Shown: piece by piece, positions 1-11,643 of the stretch
Position numbering within the stretch: position 1 is the stretch's first letter
Layout: every line of letters begins with the position of its first letter
Assembly (NCBI RefSeq): GCF_001194135.2
Contig: NC_068984.1
Coordinates: 62,580,191-62,644,190, forward strand
Source of the DNA: Octopus bimaculoides
Lineage: Eukaryota
DNA: 64,000 nucleotides
Reading direction: 5' to 3'
The notes under the pieces: generated by a model
The model's database searches: none
The model's input: only the letters and a program-made list of their open reading frames with translations
Told to the model about the DNA's origin: nothing
Program-made: the position numbers and the translations under genes

Positions 1-40
<40 letters not shown>

Positions 41-1179
41 TATTTATGTATGTTTGTATGCATGTACAGACACATTTTTCGCGTACATTCGTGATTGCTA
101 TACCTAAGAGATCAGAGAACTCAACACAGTACCTATTACTGTACAATAACATAATGCAGTCCCCAAGGTACACTACCAATTGTTCCGTAATTCAGTTTAA
201 AGTTGTACGCTCAATTTATAACTGACTTAAGTGAACGTCGAGTCGACACCGAAGAGTGAACAACTGAAATCCGAAATAACATAATAAAAGGATTGGGAAT
301 ACACCATTGTGACCGTATTATATTACACTTCTAGACACATATTCTGCGGGCACATAATCAATCATAGTCATGCTTGCATATATATGTCCGTGGATGTATA
401 ACTGTCGTGAAATAGGGTTATTCGAATCTACCAAAATTAATTGCGTTCTTATTTTCGTGAAATTACTATGAAAGCCAATGTTAAGTTCTAATCCTTCATT
501 TATATATACATATGCACACAGAAACGCGCACACATACCTATTTATACATATACTCATATATGTATGTAAACTCATATGCATATGTATGAATATACATGTG
601 TGTGTGTCTGTGTCACTGTGTATGTATATATGTAGGTAGGTTGGTTGGTAGGTAGGTAGGTAGGTAGGTAGGTAGGTAGGTGGGTGGGTATTTAAGTATG
701 TATGCATGTGTATATGTATGTGTACATCGATCGAGAGAGAAGAATGTAAAATAATCGAAAGGATGAAAGCTAGCTTGAGATTCTCATCCAAAATGTAAAT
801 TGAGTCTGTTATGAATCTGTTATGATTGATAGATGGATTATATAGTGTTATTATATTATATTTGCACTAACGAATATCTTTAGAGACTTACATACACTTA
901 GGCAAACTATAGAAGAAAATAAGATTTGACATAAGTTATTGGTCGTGGAATATAGGAAATTTACCAATCAAAAAGGTAAACTACGAAGTATGAACTTTTA
1001 TACTGGAGTAGTAAACCCAGAACATATATCGTTCTCTGAGTTTGTGTCACTAGAGATTAGTTGTTATAAAATCTCTAGAAATGATTACAGAATATAATGA
1101 CTAATATATCGTGTTGAGTTAAAAGTTTTGCAATATTTTTGCAACTCAATTCCTTTATTCGTCAAGTTAAAACAAAAGT

Positions 1180-1400
1180 AGTCTGGCATTCGAAGTAGAA
1201 GCTACCGTTTTGCAATGTCTGGAAGCAACTTTCTAACTACTTCTTTGATACCGCGGTGGTAACAACTCCAGTCCTTCGAGGTTAAGAGCTCCTTCACTGA
1301 AGATTCAATCTTGTGTTATCTGATGAAGCGTCGTGATCGCAGGAAGTGAGCCATTGATCGGAAAAATAGGATTGTGCAAGAAAAGGACTTTTGTATCATG
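1180..1400 (-). mobile_element. Mariner transposase C-terminal remnant (pseudogenised)
   Basis: Manual minus-strand translation gives SMAHFLRSRRF ... YHRGIKEVV ... (frameshift) QTLQNGSFYFEC, resembling the mariner C-terminus after the YSPDLAPSD(Y/F)HLF motif; stops and frameshifts present. Confidence 0.65.
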
Positions 1401-4400
1401 TAACGAAACACTTTGAAATTTCTTATATGCATTTGATCACATGTCTTTTTCACTTTATTTCTTCTGAATGCATACATTAACATCAGCATCAGTAATAATT
1501 GTTTCTAAGTGTTGACACGGAGTCAAGATCAATACCAGTAATAATACAAACATGATCAAATGAATCAATTAAAATCAGATTTCTTAATTCTTATTTCGGA
1601 CCTAAGATAAACATTTGGGGAAATCTAACGTGGTTACGCGACCTGCAAATATAGTAACCAAATACGCCTCAAACTTATCCAAGTGACTTGATAAAATGAA
1701 ATAAGAAAATAGCTAATTAATGCTGGTCTTCCAGCTCGTACAACGGAAGAGAGATATATGACTGGAACGTATTTCATGAGATGATTACATAATGACCTTG
1801 ACCTGGGCTAAACATCAGCAACAACTAATACAACATATTAAATATTTTAGATATTTCTTTCTTTAGTATTTGTTCCATTAATAGTGGAACATTTGACTAT
1901 AGTGTGTATGAATCAAGCGTGCGTTCATTTATATATATAGATATATATATAGAACAANNNNNNNNNNNNNNNNNNNNNNNNNNNNNNNNNNNNNNNNNNN
2001 NNNNNNNNNNNNNNNNNNNNNNNNNNNNNNNNNNNNNNNNNNNNNNNNNNNNNNNNNNNNNNNNNNNNNNNNNNNNNNNNNNNNNNNNNNNNNNNNNNNN
2101 NNNNNNNNNNNNNNNNNNNNNNNNNNNNNNNNNNNNNNNNNNNNNNNNNNNNNNNNNNNNNNNNNNNNNNNNNNNNNNNNNNNNNNNNNNNNNNNNNNNN
2201 NNNNNNNNNNNNNNNNNNNNNNNNNNNNNNNNNNNNNNNNNNNNNNNNNNNNNNNNNNNNNNNNNNNNNNNNNNNNNNNNNNNNNNNNNNNNNNNNNNNN
2301 NNNNNNNNNNNNNNNNNNNNNNNNNNNNNNNNNNNNNNNNNNNNNNNNNNNNNNNNNNNNNNNNNNNNNNNNNNNNNNNNNNNNNNNNNNNNNNNNNNNN
2401 NNNNNNNNNNNNNNNNNNNNNNNNNNNNNNNNNNNNNNNNNNNNNNNNNNNNNNNNNNNNNNNNNNNNNNNNNNNNNNNNNNNNNNNNNNNNNNNNNNNN
2501 NNNNNNNNNNNNNNNNNNNNNNNNNNNNNNNACAATTATAATATGTCTATTCAACTGTAATTTTCTGCATTTTCGTGCAGCTGAAGATTGCTCTACATAT
2601 TGCATTTAATGTAATGCTCGCATTACTTAAATAAATGGAGTAGCATGAAGCGTGCGTACTGCAATCATCTTTAAAATCCGTGTTGCTTATTTTGATTATA
2701 TATATATATATATATATATATTAGTGAAAGTCACTAATAATGTGAAAGCAATGTAAAGTCAACATATTCAATGTTTCGAATTTGACACCCCCTCATCTTG
2801 AAATTACATTTGATGGTTGTTACCAACGCTATTTTGATGAAATTCATTTATCACTCAACTTCGTGTACTTTAACTTAAATTCAAACTCAAAGAAAGCATA
2901 GTAAATGTAAAATCATGAAATACGGAATGATTATTTTTATTTTACAGACTTTTTGAAGTGTTCTAACTTCAATTACATTTACTTAAAATGTACAAAACAT
3001 TACAAGTTTATTTTAGCTATTCAGGTTAATTTCTGTTATATTCAAATACAGTTGCTATATTCGTGTTGCAGATATTCTGACTTTCTCAGAAAAAAGTCTT
3101 ATGCTGTATCGTAGTGGCAACTTGCGTTTTATTGAGTCTGTGAGCTTCCCTGTCTGGATAACCTGAGGCATAAACTACCATATAGTATAATAATTTCGGA
3201 TAATTTTCCTAAATACTCTGCATGATTGATCACACAGATTCAATGTCTGTTTATACTCAATACTCAGATATTCTGGCATCTGATTCCACTCTTTCTCCAG
3301 GACACCGCATAATGGCAGTTAAGAGGTCTTCGAGAACTACGTTGCCCGTTGGGTGTCCTTAGATTAAAACATTCCTTCAACATAACTTAAACTGATTCTG
3401 AGCTGCGTGTCTTGAACATTCTATATCCAATTTTTTAAAGCAGCTTATATAGATGCCCTCTACCATTTTGATATTAATGACGATGTTGCCGCTCCGTCTA
3501 TATGTTGGTAAGTTTAATTTTCCTTCAAGCCCAAAGCATTCTTCAATACAGTACGAACATCTTTAGTCTTTGACATATTTTTTTATCTAATTTCAATCAG
3601 AAATTAAAAATGCCGAGACTTTTGGAAACATTCTAGACACTCACTTAACAGAAATGATATAAATATGTTTTTGATTTGATTTGTAAAGTGTGCAATATCT
3701 ACATATAAAAGAGGTCTGGCATGAGTAGGGAAATGACCAGAAGCAATTTCAGTATGGTAAGAATTTATGTAAAAGTATATACTAATTATACAAATTAGTT
3801 CAATATCTACAAAACCATTCATCTACCCCTCTGGAATTCAGGAATATCAATGTATTTCATAAACAAGAATGAAAAAGAAAAAGTCTTATATCAGCAGGTA
3901 TGAATAGTTTTATGTATTTTATCAAATCGCTAGCCCTTGGAATTATGTATATATTCTATGAGGTTAAATTATAAAGGATTGAAAATCATTACCTATTACT
4001 CTTATTTCCGAATGTTCTTGACAATTATTTGGATTTAATGTTCACTTCACATCATATTTAACCTTAATTCAATGAAAACATTTCCATTTTTACTTGTATA
4101 TTTTCAGTTTACTTATTATTATTTCATAGTTATTAAATACATTATTTATTTATTCAATTTTTGTTCTATTTTGTTTATCTTCGTTGTATTGCATTTCAGG
4201 ATTAGTTCCAAATGTTGCTATAATCCTTGACGTAATCATCAACATATAATCAGTACTTTCAAGTCTGCTTCTACTGAAAGCAATTTTAATAATCTACAGT
4301 GAATTTGTTTTCACTTAGAGACAAACAACGTCTATCCTCTTAAGATATTTTATTACAGAACAAATAATCAGTTGAGATTAATTTCAGATATATTTCTCTC

Positions 4401-5479
4401 TAGGAAAAGCGCTTTATCGACTCACCTCAGTCTGTTTTTGTAATTGTATTGGCAGTACGAATGGTATCAATATAAATATATAAAGTATTCTCTTCGGAAT
4501 TGCACATGAATTCGAACGTTTTAAAATATGATACTTATGTAAGCTAGCAATACAAAATAGATTGTAGAATATCTAGATTTCTTTAAAATTTCAATTAACG
4601 CACTAATATGCACACATATATATATGCAGTGAAAGGGTAATTATGACCCTTTAAGAACATACCAAATCTACTATATCCGCTTTCCGTTTAATTATTAATA
4701 GTATAATCTATTATGAATTTTCTAAAATCTCGGCGCACATCTGCGACCAACTCGCTGACTTAACTCCACGGCATTAATCAAAAATCCTTTCCTGCTGAGT
4801 TTTCATACGCTTAGTTGGCTTTGTTTGTTATCTGTTTTGTTTTTTATACTTCCTAATAATTGGGTCGTCTATGTTTCTTCAAAACATTTAATTTAATATG
4901 TTATCTTAAAGCATAATGTGCTTAGTTTATAGTAAGATCAGTTTCTTTTTGTAACATTTGAGAAAATTTACATTTTTGTTTACTTCAAAACTAAAGCCTG
5001 AAGGGCTAATTTATTGATGTTCTTTGAACATTGTAGATGTGGAATTTTTTGTGAATTTCAAATTTAATTCCGATTTACCAAACTTAATATTTTATGGCAG
5101 AGATCGTAAATGTAACGAAGGAGTTACGAATATTCCAAACTAAAAAACGTAAACATAACGGGTACTTTATCATCTCACCTACAATTATCTACTAAGAGGA
5201 CAAGGAATGATAGATGTAGTGACTCAAATTACATCGGGATGTCATTATGTATAAAGGAAACAAAAATGTTTTGACATTGTCTAAGAAGTGACAAGTAGTA
5301 TACACTCTCTATACCGTAATAAATTTTGACATGCAAGAGACAAAGTCCAAAAGTTTGTCAATGGTTCCTTCCAAATGATAAAACAATAACCGCAACCGAT
5401 TTCATATCCCTAAACATTTTCTCGTTTATTTTTGCATACCTAACGTCCGTCCGTGTTTTTTTCGTTACTCTAAACAGTC

Positions 5480-6235
5480 GTGTGTCATGGTGTGCTCCAA
5501 TGACTCGTTCTTTCCCCGAAACTCTATATTTTTTAATTGTAGTTTGGGGAAGGATTTAGCAAATGGCCTTGCTGTGGGCTTGGGCTGGGGAGTTTGGTTT
5601 TGTGTGTATGTGTGTTTTGTGGCGTTTTTGTTTGGGGAGGGGAATCAGGGACTTGTGCCTTCTTACGCTTATGAGTTACAGTTGTAAACTCCATCTCCTC
5701 GATAATTTGGTTCTTTTCTTCCGTTGTTCTCTCCTCCTTCTCTTCTGCTGCATTTTCTGGTCTGTCTGCTGATGTTTCCTTCGCAGCTTTTTGCGGAGGA
5801 GCCTTATTCTCATTTTTCTTTTTGGTATATTTAGAACGGACGTGGCCATTCTCTCCACACTTGAAGCAACTACGTCCCTCCATAGCCACTCGCATTGTCA
5901 GCAACTCCCCCACAAACACTCTATAGGTGTTTCCAGAGTTTGATTCGCCGCTTAAATTACCATCTCGAGCGTCTGGCCTCGCCAGTTCACGGCGTCCATC
6001 TTCTTCATTTGTATGATGGATAGTTCTTCTTCAACGTCATATATGATTGCCCCTGCCACCCACATCACTTCATAACCAGCTGCTATATCTACTACCGTGA
6101 CTTTCGCTGTTCTGCGGCCCAAGTATGTGGGTAGCAGCACAATTTAGTCGTTTTTTAGTGTCTTTGTCGACACTTCTTTTGCTACGTCAGCCATTTGAAA
6201 CTGCGCTTCAACGGTTGAGCTTCGCGTTCCACGGC
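5480..6235 (-). mobile_element. Tx1/L1-like non-LTR retrotransposon ORF1 fragment with zinc knuckle
   Basis: ORFs 5952-6140 and 5533-5919: LLPTYLGRRTAKVTV... and GRSCFKCGENGHVRSKY (degenerate CX2CX4HX4C). Homologous by eye to the ORF1 remnant at 40930-41270. Cut off at ~6235 by the Penelope-like element. Confidence 0.7.
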
Positions 6236-7270
6236 TGACATAGAATACTTTATTCCATATTGGTGCCATATGGGCTCGCCAATATCACCGATAATAGTCA
6301 ATATATACATGGAATACTTTGAAAATTTGGCTTTAGGATCAACACCACTAAAACCAACCCTATGGCTGCGATACGTTGATGACACCTTCATACTCTGGCC
6401 CTACCAGGAAGGTGTCCAAGTACTGTTAGATCATGTGAACTCAATAAAGCGATTCATACAGTTCACTATGGGAAAAAGAAAAAGACAATCAGCTAGCATT
6501 CCTGGAAGTATTAATAACACGCACCAAGTATGGATTCAGGACATCCGTATACCGATGGACGATACCTCAACTTCAACTCACACCATCCACACAGTGTAAA
6601 GAGATGGATAACTCAGTGCCTAAGTCATTGAGCAATGAATATAAGTAGCGATCGTGATACCCACCACGCAGAAATGATCAAGCTCAGTAACAATCTATTA
6701 AGCAACAACTACCCCAAAAGCAAGCCTACTCTCCACTCCAGTTATGAAGAAAAGATAGGATGAAACCGATAAACTGTCCACAGTCTGTCGACCCTATGTG
6801 AAAAGACTCTCCGAAAAGATACAAAAGATATGCGGCCCATATGATATTAGGACAGTATTCAAAAGTAATACAACACTTCGCAAATATCTCCTTCAAGTAA
6901 AACCACCATTAGAAAAGAATGACTAAGAATTGCGTGGTGTGTACTCCATCCCAAGCAGATATGGTAGGTTATACAAAGGCGAAACATGCCGCCCCACAAA
7001 ATAAGGGCAGAGGAACATCGCAAAGCTGTGACAGAGGGAATATTGATAAATCAGGTATAGTTGATCATGTATGGAAAAATGGAGACCATCTCCCCCTGTG
7101 GGATTAAGTTAAAATAATTGACAGAGAACACCACTGGAAAATACGAAAACTAAAAGAAGCAGCACATATGCTAGGACACAACCACCTCCTAAGCAGATCG
7201 AGTGCAGATATGAACAGCAAATGGGAACCGGTATTAAGGAAAGATAGGAGAATATTAGATTTATAAGCCC
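6236..7270 (+). mobile_element. Penelope-like element (PLE), 5'-truncated: RT plus GIY-YIG endonuclease, frameshifted
   Basis: MGSPISPIIVNIYME...LWLRYVDDTFILWP (PLE RT). Downstream GET-like segment, KSGIVDHVWKNGDHLPLWD, then VKIIDREHHWKIRKLKEAAHM, typical of the PLE GIY-YIG domain. Confidence 0.9.
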
Positions 7271-7299
7271 TAAAATTCACTACATAATTGTCCATGGGC

Positions 7300-7545
7300 A
7301 TATGGGGTAGCGGTTAAGAGAGTGGGCTACTAACCCCAAGATTCCGAGTTCGATTGCAGACCTGAATAATCATAATAATAATCATAATAACATCGAAAAA
7401 TACCTAAGGAATGAGAAGCCAGGTTCGAAATCTCCCCCAAGACACCTGATGAAGGGTAGAGGGTAAATCAGCCGAAACTTTGTGTTAACAACAAACAAGA
7501 TGGGAACAAATATCCGTCAATTGTATATAATGTAAATAATATATA
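7300..7545 (+). mobile_element. tRNA-like head + (AAT)n + hammerhead-bearing terminal repeat, directly downstream of the PLE ORF
   Basis: A-box-like ggggtagcggttaag, ggg-CTACTAA-ccc anticodon-like loop, B-box-like gagttcgatt(g)c, short (AAT)n, then ~140 bp near-identical to 29650-29790. Confidence 0.75.
7441..7486 (+). ncRNA. Degenerate minimal type I hammerhead ribozyme motif
   Basis: gacac-CTGATGA-a-gggta...cagcc-GAAAC-ttt-gtgtt. Core CUGAUGA/GAAA and stem I are retained; stem II and the stem III palindrome are mutated relative to the copies at 29.6-29.7 kb. Confidence 0.6.
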
Positions 7546-8309
7546 TAAAATTATACATATATATATATATATATATGCCTCAAATATTCATTTTTCATGA
7601 CTAGCATAACCTAGGATATTCTATAAAGTAAACTGAGAACAATTCATTTCACTCATATGTAAACAAATTCGAATTCGAATTCAAATCAAGTAGGAATCAA
7701 AATAAATGAATAGTATACAAGAATGAATCTATGGGTCTGAAAATCGGATACATTCATAGAGATACCTAGAATCATAGTCAAATGGATATAAATATAAGAA
7801 ATTCAATTTTGCTTACACTATATGCATTCGTGACAATCAAACCAGAGCCGTGAGGCCTAAAATTTCATTGAAATTAGAATTCACCCCATCTACTTAGGGC
7901 GACAAAATCAGAATATATTAAGAAATTCTTTCTAAAAGCACACTTGCACCGGTGACCCATAAATTAAAAGAAATATTCGAATTTATCTAATTGGCATTTT
8001 TGATTAATTCAGAATACATTTTCAAAATTCTACTTCGTCGAAGAAACTCAGTTAGTCATGTAAATAAAAATATCATAGAATTGCCATGAAATTTATAGAC
8101 AAAGAATAACATGTACTATTAACAACTAAATAAATTCTATTTCCTAACAAATATATCATCTATGTCTCATGCACAGAAGCACACACCTGCACGCATACGA
8201 ATGTGCAAACACACACACACATGTGTAATAAATAAATGTTGGTGTTGTGGGCAGGTAAATATATACATGCATCCATATTTATATATGCGCGTGTGAGTGT
8301 GTGTGTGTG

Positions 8310-8443
8310 TAATTCCACCGAGGTCGACTTTGCCTTTCATTCTTTGGGAGTCGATCAATTAAGTATCAGTTGCATACAGGGGTCGATCTAAGCGACTGGC
8401 CGACTCCCCAAAAGTTTCGGGCCTTGTGCCTAGACTAGAAAAC

Positions 8444-8445
<2 letters not shown>
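8310..8445 (+). mobile_element. SINE fragment (family A; Meta-domain-like core)
   Basis: gaggtcgactttgcctttcattctttgggagtcgatcaattaagtatcag...; related copies at ~32180-32575 and ~47545-47765. Confidence 0.7.
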
Positions 8446-8493
<48 letters not shown>

Positions 8494-9039
8494 CGTGTGT
8501 GCGTGTGTGCGTGCACGCACGCGCGCATGAATTTGTACATACCTGCATAGATATGTACATACTGGTTCGATCTCATGTATGTGCGCATGCATTTTCTGTT
8601 CACTGCTTTAGTAATAAGGTGGAAACCATTTTTTCAATCATTCTTGTTTGCTTCGACTGCTTAAATATGCTATAAGTCATCGATGAGTAGATGCAACAGG
8701 TTATATGATACATTCAACAAAACCGTATGATTCTTAACACTGGTTCTATATTTGCTCAACCGACGTATCGAAAACGGTATTACATTACAAATTGTTGGCA
8801 TTCGTATAAATATATTAGAATAGTACTGAGAAAATATTCGATGTCCTAATAGGAGCCCCAGCAAATAAATAAATAAATAAATAAATAAATAAATACATAA
8901 AAAAGAAATAAGCAAAAAATGAGAACATGAAAAGGTTAACCTAAAATCTTTGACATCTTTGATTATACAATGAACTTACTATGAAATGAAGTGAAAAGCA
9001 TGAGTACAGTTGCGTACAGAGACACATATTTGCAAACGA

Positions 9040-9690
9040 CATGGTTTCATCAGAAGTTGATCTCCTGCATGTGCAAAATGGGTTCGTTGCCGATTGCTCA
9101 AGGCAAGGATGAGAATAAGTGTTGAGTAGACTAAGATGTTGAACCTCCCAACAAACTCATACCAAAGCAGCCTCTATGTTTTTGGAATATCACCGAGACA
9201 AGACGAGACGTTTAAGTGCCTTGGGACCGTATACACAAGTCACAGGATACAGGAGGCTCAATTATATGCAAGAATTGCAGGTGATGGTTCAATAATGCAC
9301 CAGCTCCAGCATTCTAGCCTCAGAAAAAAGAAGTCGGTAAAAACGCCATAGTCACTATCTTCTATTTCCCTGTTCTTGCCAATGTTCATGAATTTTGGGT
9401 AATGATCAACCGAGTAGGATCCTGAATACAAGTTGTCGAAATTGGGCTCTTCTGACAGGTCCCTGCAGTTACGTTACGCGTCAGGGTGTGCACGTCGGAA
9501 AACAGCAAACTCTCCAGGTCGAGCCGCAACGTCTCCGAATTGAGAGATCGCAGCTCCCGTACAACGGATATGTGTTTAGATTCTCACAGGATAGACTCAC
9601 AGGATGGAACTCGAAAGGTAAGCCAACCGGTTGGTTACCGAGATTATACCGAAAATGAGATGTTCGAATAATATCCACTGAATCATTGAC
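9040..9690 (+). mobile_element. RTE-clade (Rex3/Expander-like) LINE 3' fragment, decayed
   Basis: TFKCLGTVYTS...ARIAGDGSIMHQLQ and LQVEPQRLRIERSQLPYNGYVFRFSQDR...KPTGWLPR resemble the post-RT region of RTE elements (FKYLG...; LRIERSQLR-W/Y-GHV...GRP). Confidence 0.7.
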
Positions 9691-11643
9691 CACATTTCGT
9701 AATCCAGCCAGAGGTTTTTTTACTAAACAAGTAGAATACACGTTATTTCCAATGACAAAATTCCTTCAACTGGATATGATCTCACAATTCATATATCTGT
9801 TATTTAATACTTTGACATATATTCATAAATGACTGTTTCATTTGTAGACATATAAGAGATGAAATATGCTACAATTCAACCTAACCATGTTTTAACACTC
9901 TACAATAGTTACATTTTAGATTTCACCGTAGATTACCTGAACAAAGAAATTTAAAGCGTTTGGCTTTCTATCATATGAAGCACATGCTCGTAGAATATAA
10001 GTTTTGTGCAATGTATGTTACTGTATGTTACTCGAGATACTACTTTAATGAAATCAGCTCATATCCGTCCAAACGGAAAATCTGTAACTTCTTATTAAGT
10101 TGCAAATATAGAAACTACAAACACTGAATTCTTATACTGTGTCTGAGTTTTGTTACCTACATAAAGGTTTATATTAATTAGATTCCAGGCTATGTTTTAT
10201 CTGCCCAGATAGAAACTCCTCATTTCTGAATACACCGTATAATATAATAGCAAAGTATTTTCAAGGGTTTTTCTTTGCATAGTACGAACTACTTACCCAC
10301 AGGATGTATGATTTGTACAGTTTATGTAATTTGATATCAAACTTTACTGAAATTGCCATTAGAAAGAATTTTTTTTATTTTAAGGTACCCCCTTGAATCT
10401 AGATAACACAATGTTTTTCCAAGTCATACTGAACTCTACCCTAAGTAATATATTTTGCTTGCAGCATCAAATCAGTCAGCAAACACAGTGTTCCTTTATT
10501 GAAGTCTTCTTTTTGGTCGGATCGGTTCGAGAAAAACACTCTTCATTATATAGTGTATACGATCGTGATTATTGCCTGTTACATTTGTTCACATATTCTT
10601 GATCAATTAATCAAATAAACCACTGCTTTTGCTTCATAAAATTCCATTATCTTTCTCTTGAAGCTGAGTAATTATATAATATAACAGTAGAAAAGATGTT
10701 GGTTTAAATTATAAAAGACATTTTACAATTCAATTTCTATTATATAATTATTTTACAACTTCCTTTGATTACTAATAATTTATGGCGGACAAAGTCAGAC
10801 ATAATTAGCAAAAACTAAATTTAGCTTGTACGCTTTGCTTTGTGGTTATTTCGGATGATACATCACCAATATCACTTTTGACATTTTTGTCTAAATTTTC
10901 TACTCTCTCAATTTAAAATTTTATCATTTTATGTTATATATTTTAGAGTATTGTCAAATTTTCAACGTTTTCTAATTCTCACAATACTTCAAAAATATAT
11001 TTCTACTATCTCAAATTGAATAGAGGAATATTGTTAACAGAGGTCTTTAAAATAAAATCTGTATTTATTTGTCAAACTGAGGAAATATAAAGATAAATTG
11101 AATAATAAAACACTTGAAAATGTTCAAAATATATTATTCATCTTACAACACATGAAGGGCCAGATTATATCTGAGAGTTACATTTTAACGAAATTCATAA
11201 GAAATAATGTCTGGCACCGATTTTATAGCATTAATACTTAGAAAGACAAAATTTCGTTCCTAATACACCATCAATGTACCAAGTGAAACGTTGCAACATT
11301 TGAACCTATTTTCTAAAAGCTAGCTAAACGTAATAGTATCTAGACTGGTTCAAATACTAAACGCAGCACAATGCCAAATTTAGACATCAATCTGGGATGA
11401 ACGTTTAAAAATAGTCTTGAGGTTGAGGAACTTAGTTGTATAAACAGAAGACCATTAAACATACATACGGACGTACGTATACACACACTCACGCATATAC
11501 GCACGCACACACACACACAATTACAGACACAGATACACACACAATCACAGACACAAACATACACACACACAATCACAAACACACACACACGCATACATAT
11601 GTATGTGCGTATGTATATACATACACTATGTATTTATGCATAT

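Noticed and set aside
318-791. 157-aa His/Tyr/Thr-rich ORF and similar THTH/CVCV/IYIY/LSLS/ERER ORFs throughout
   Set aside because: Translations of CA, TA, GA and TAGG microsatellites.
1897-2605. Long ORFs of X residues here and at 17672, 18934, 22450, 24711, 26965, 28865, 43323 and 45841
   Set aside because: Artefacts of N gaps (e.g. 1958-2531, 17680-17956, 18966-19650, 27003-27593).
3150-3900. Cluster of splice-like sites on plus (e.g. AYIDALYHFDINDDVAAPSIC, GISMYFINKNEKEKVLYQQ) and hAT-like scraps on minus (IDGA, CSRH)
   Set aside because: The plus segments do not join into a coherent frame and the hAT resemblance rests on two short motifs; neither is supportable without a search.
7300-7360. 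Possible tRNA gene
   Set aside because: No acceptor stem and a broken T stem; interpreted as a tRNA-derived repeat head.
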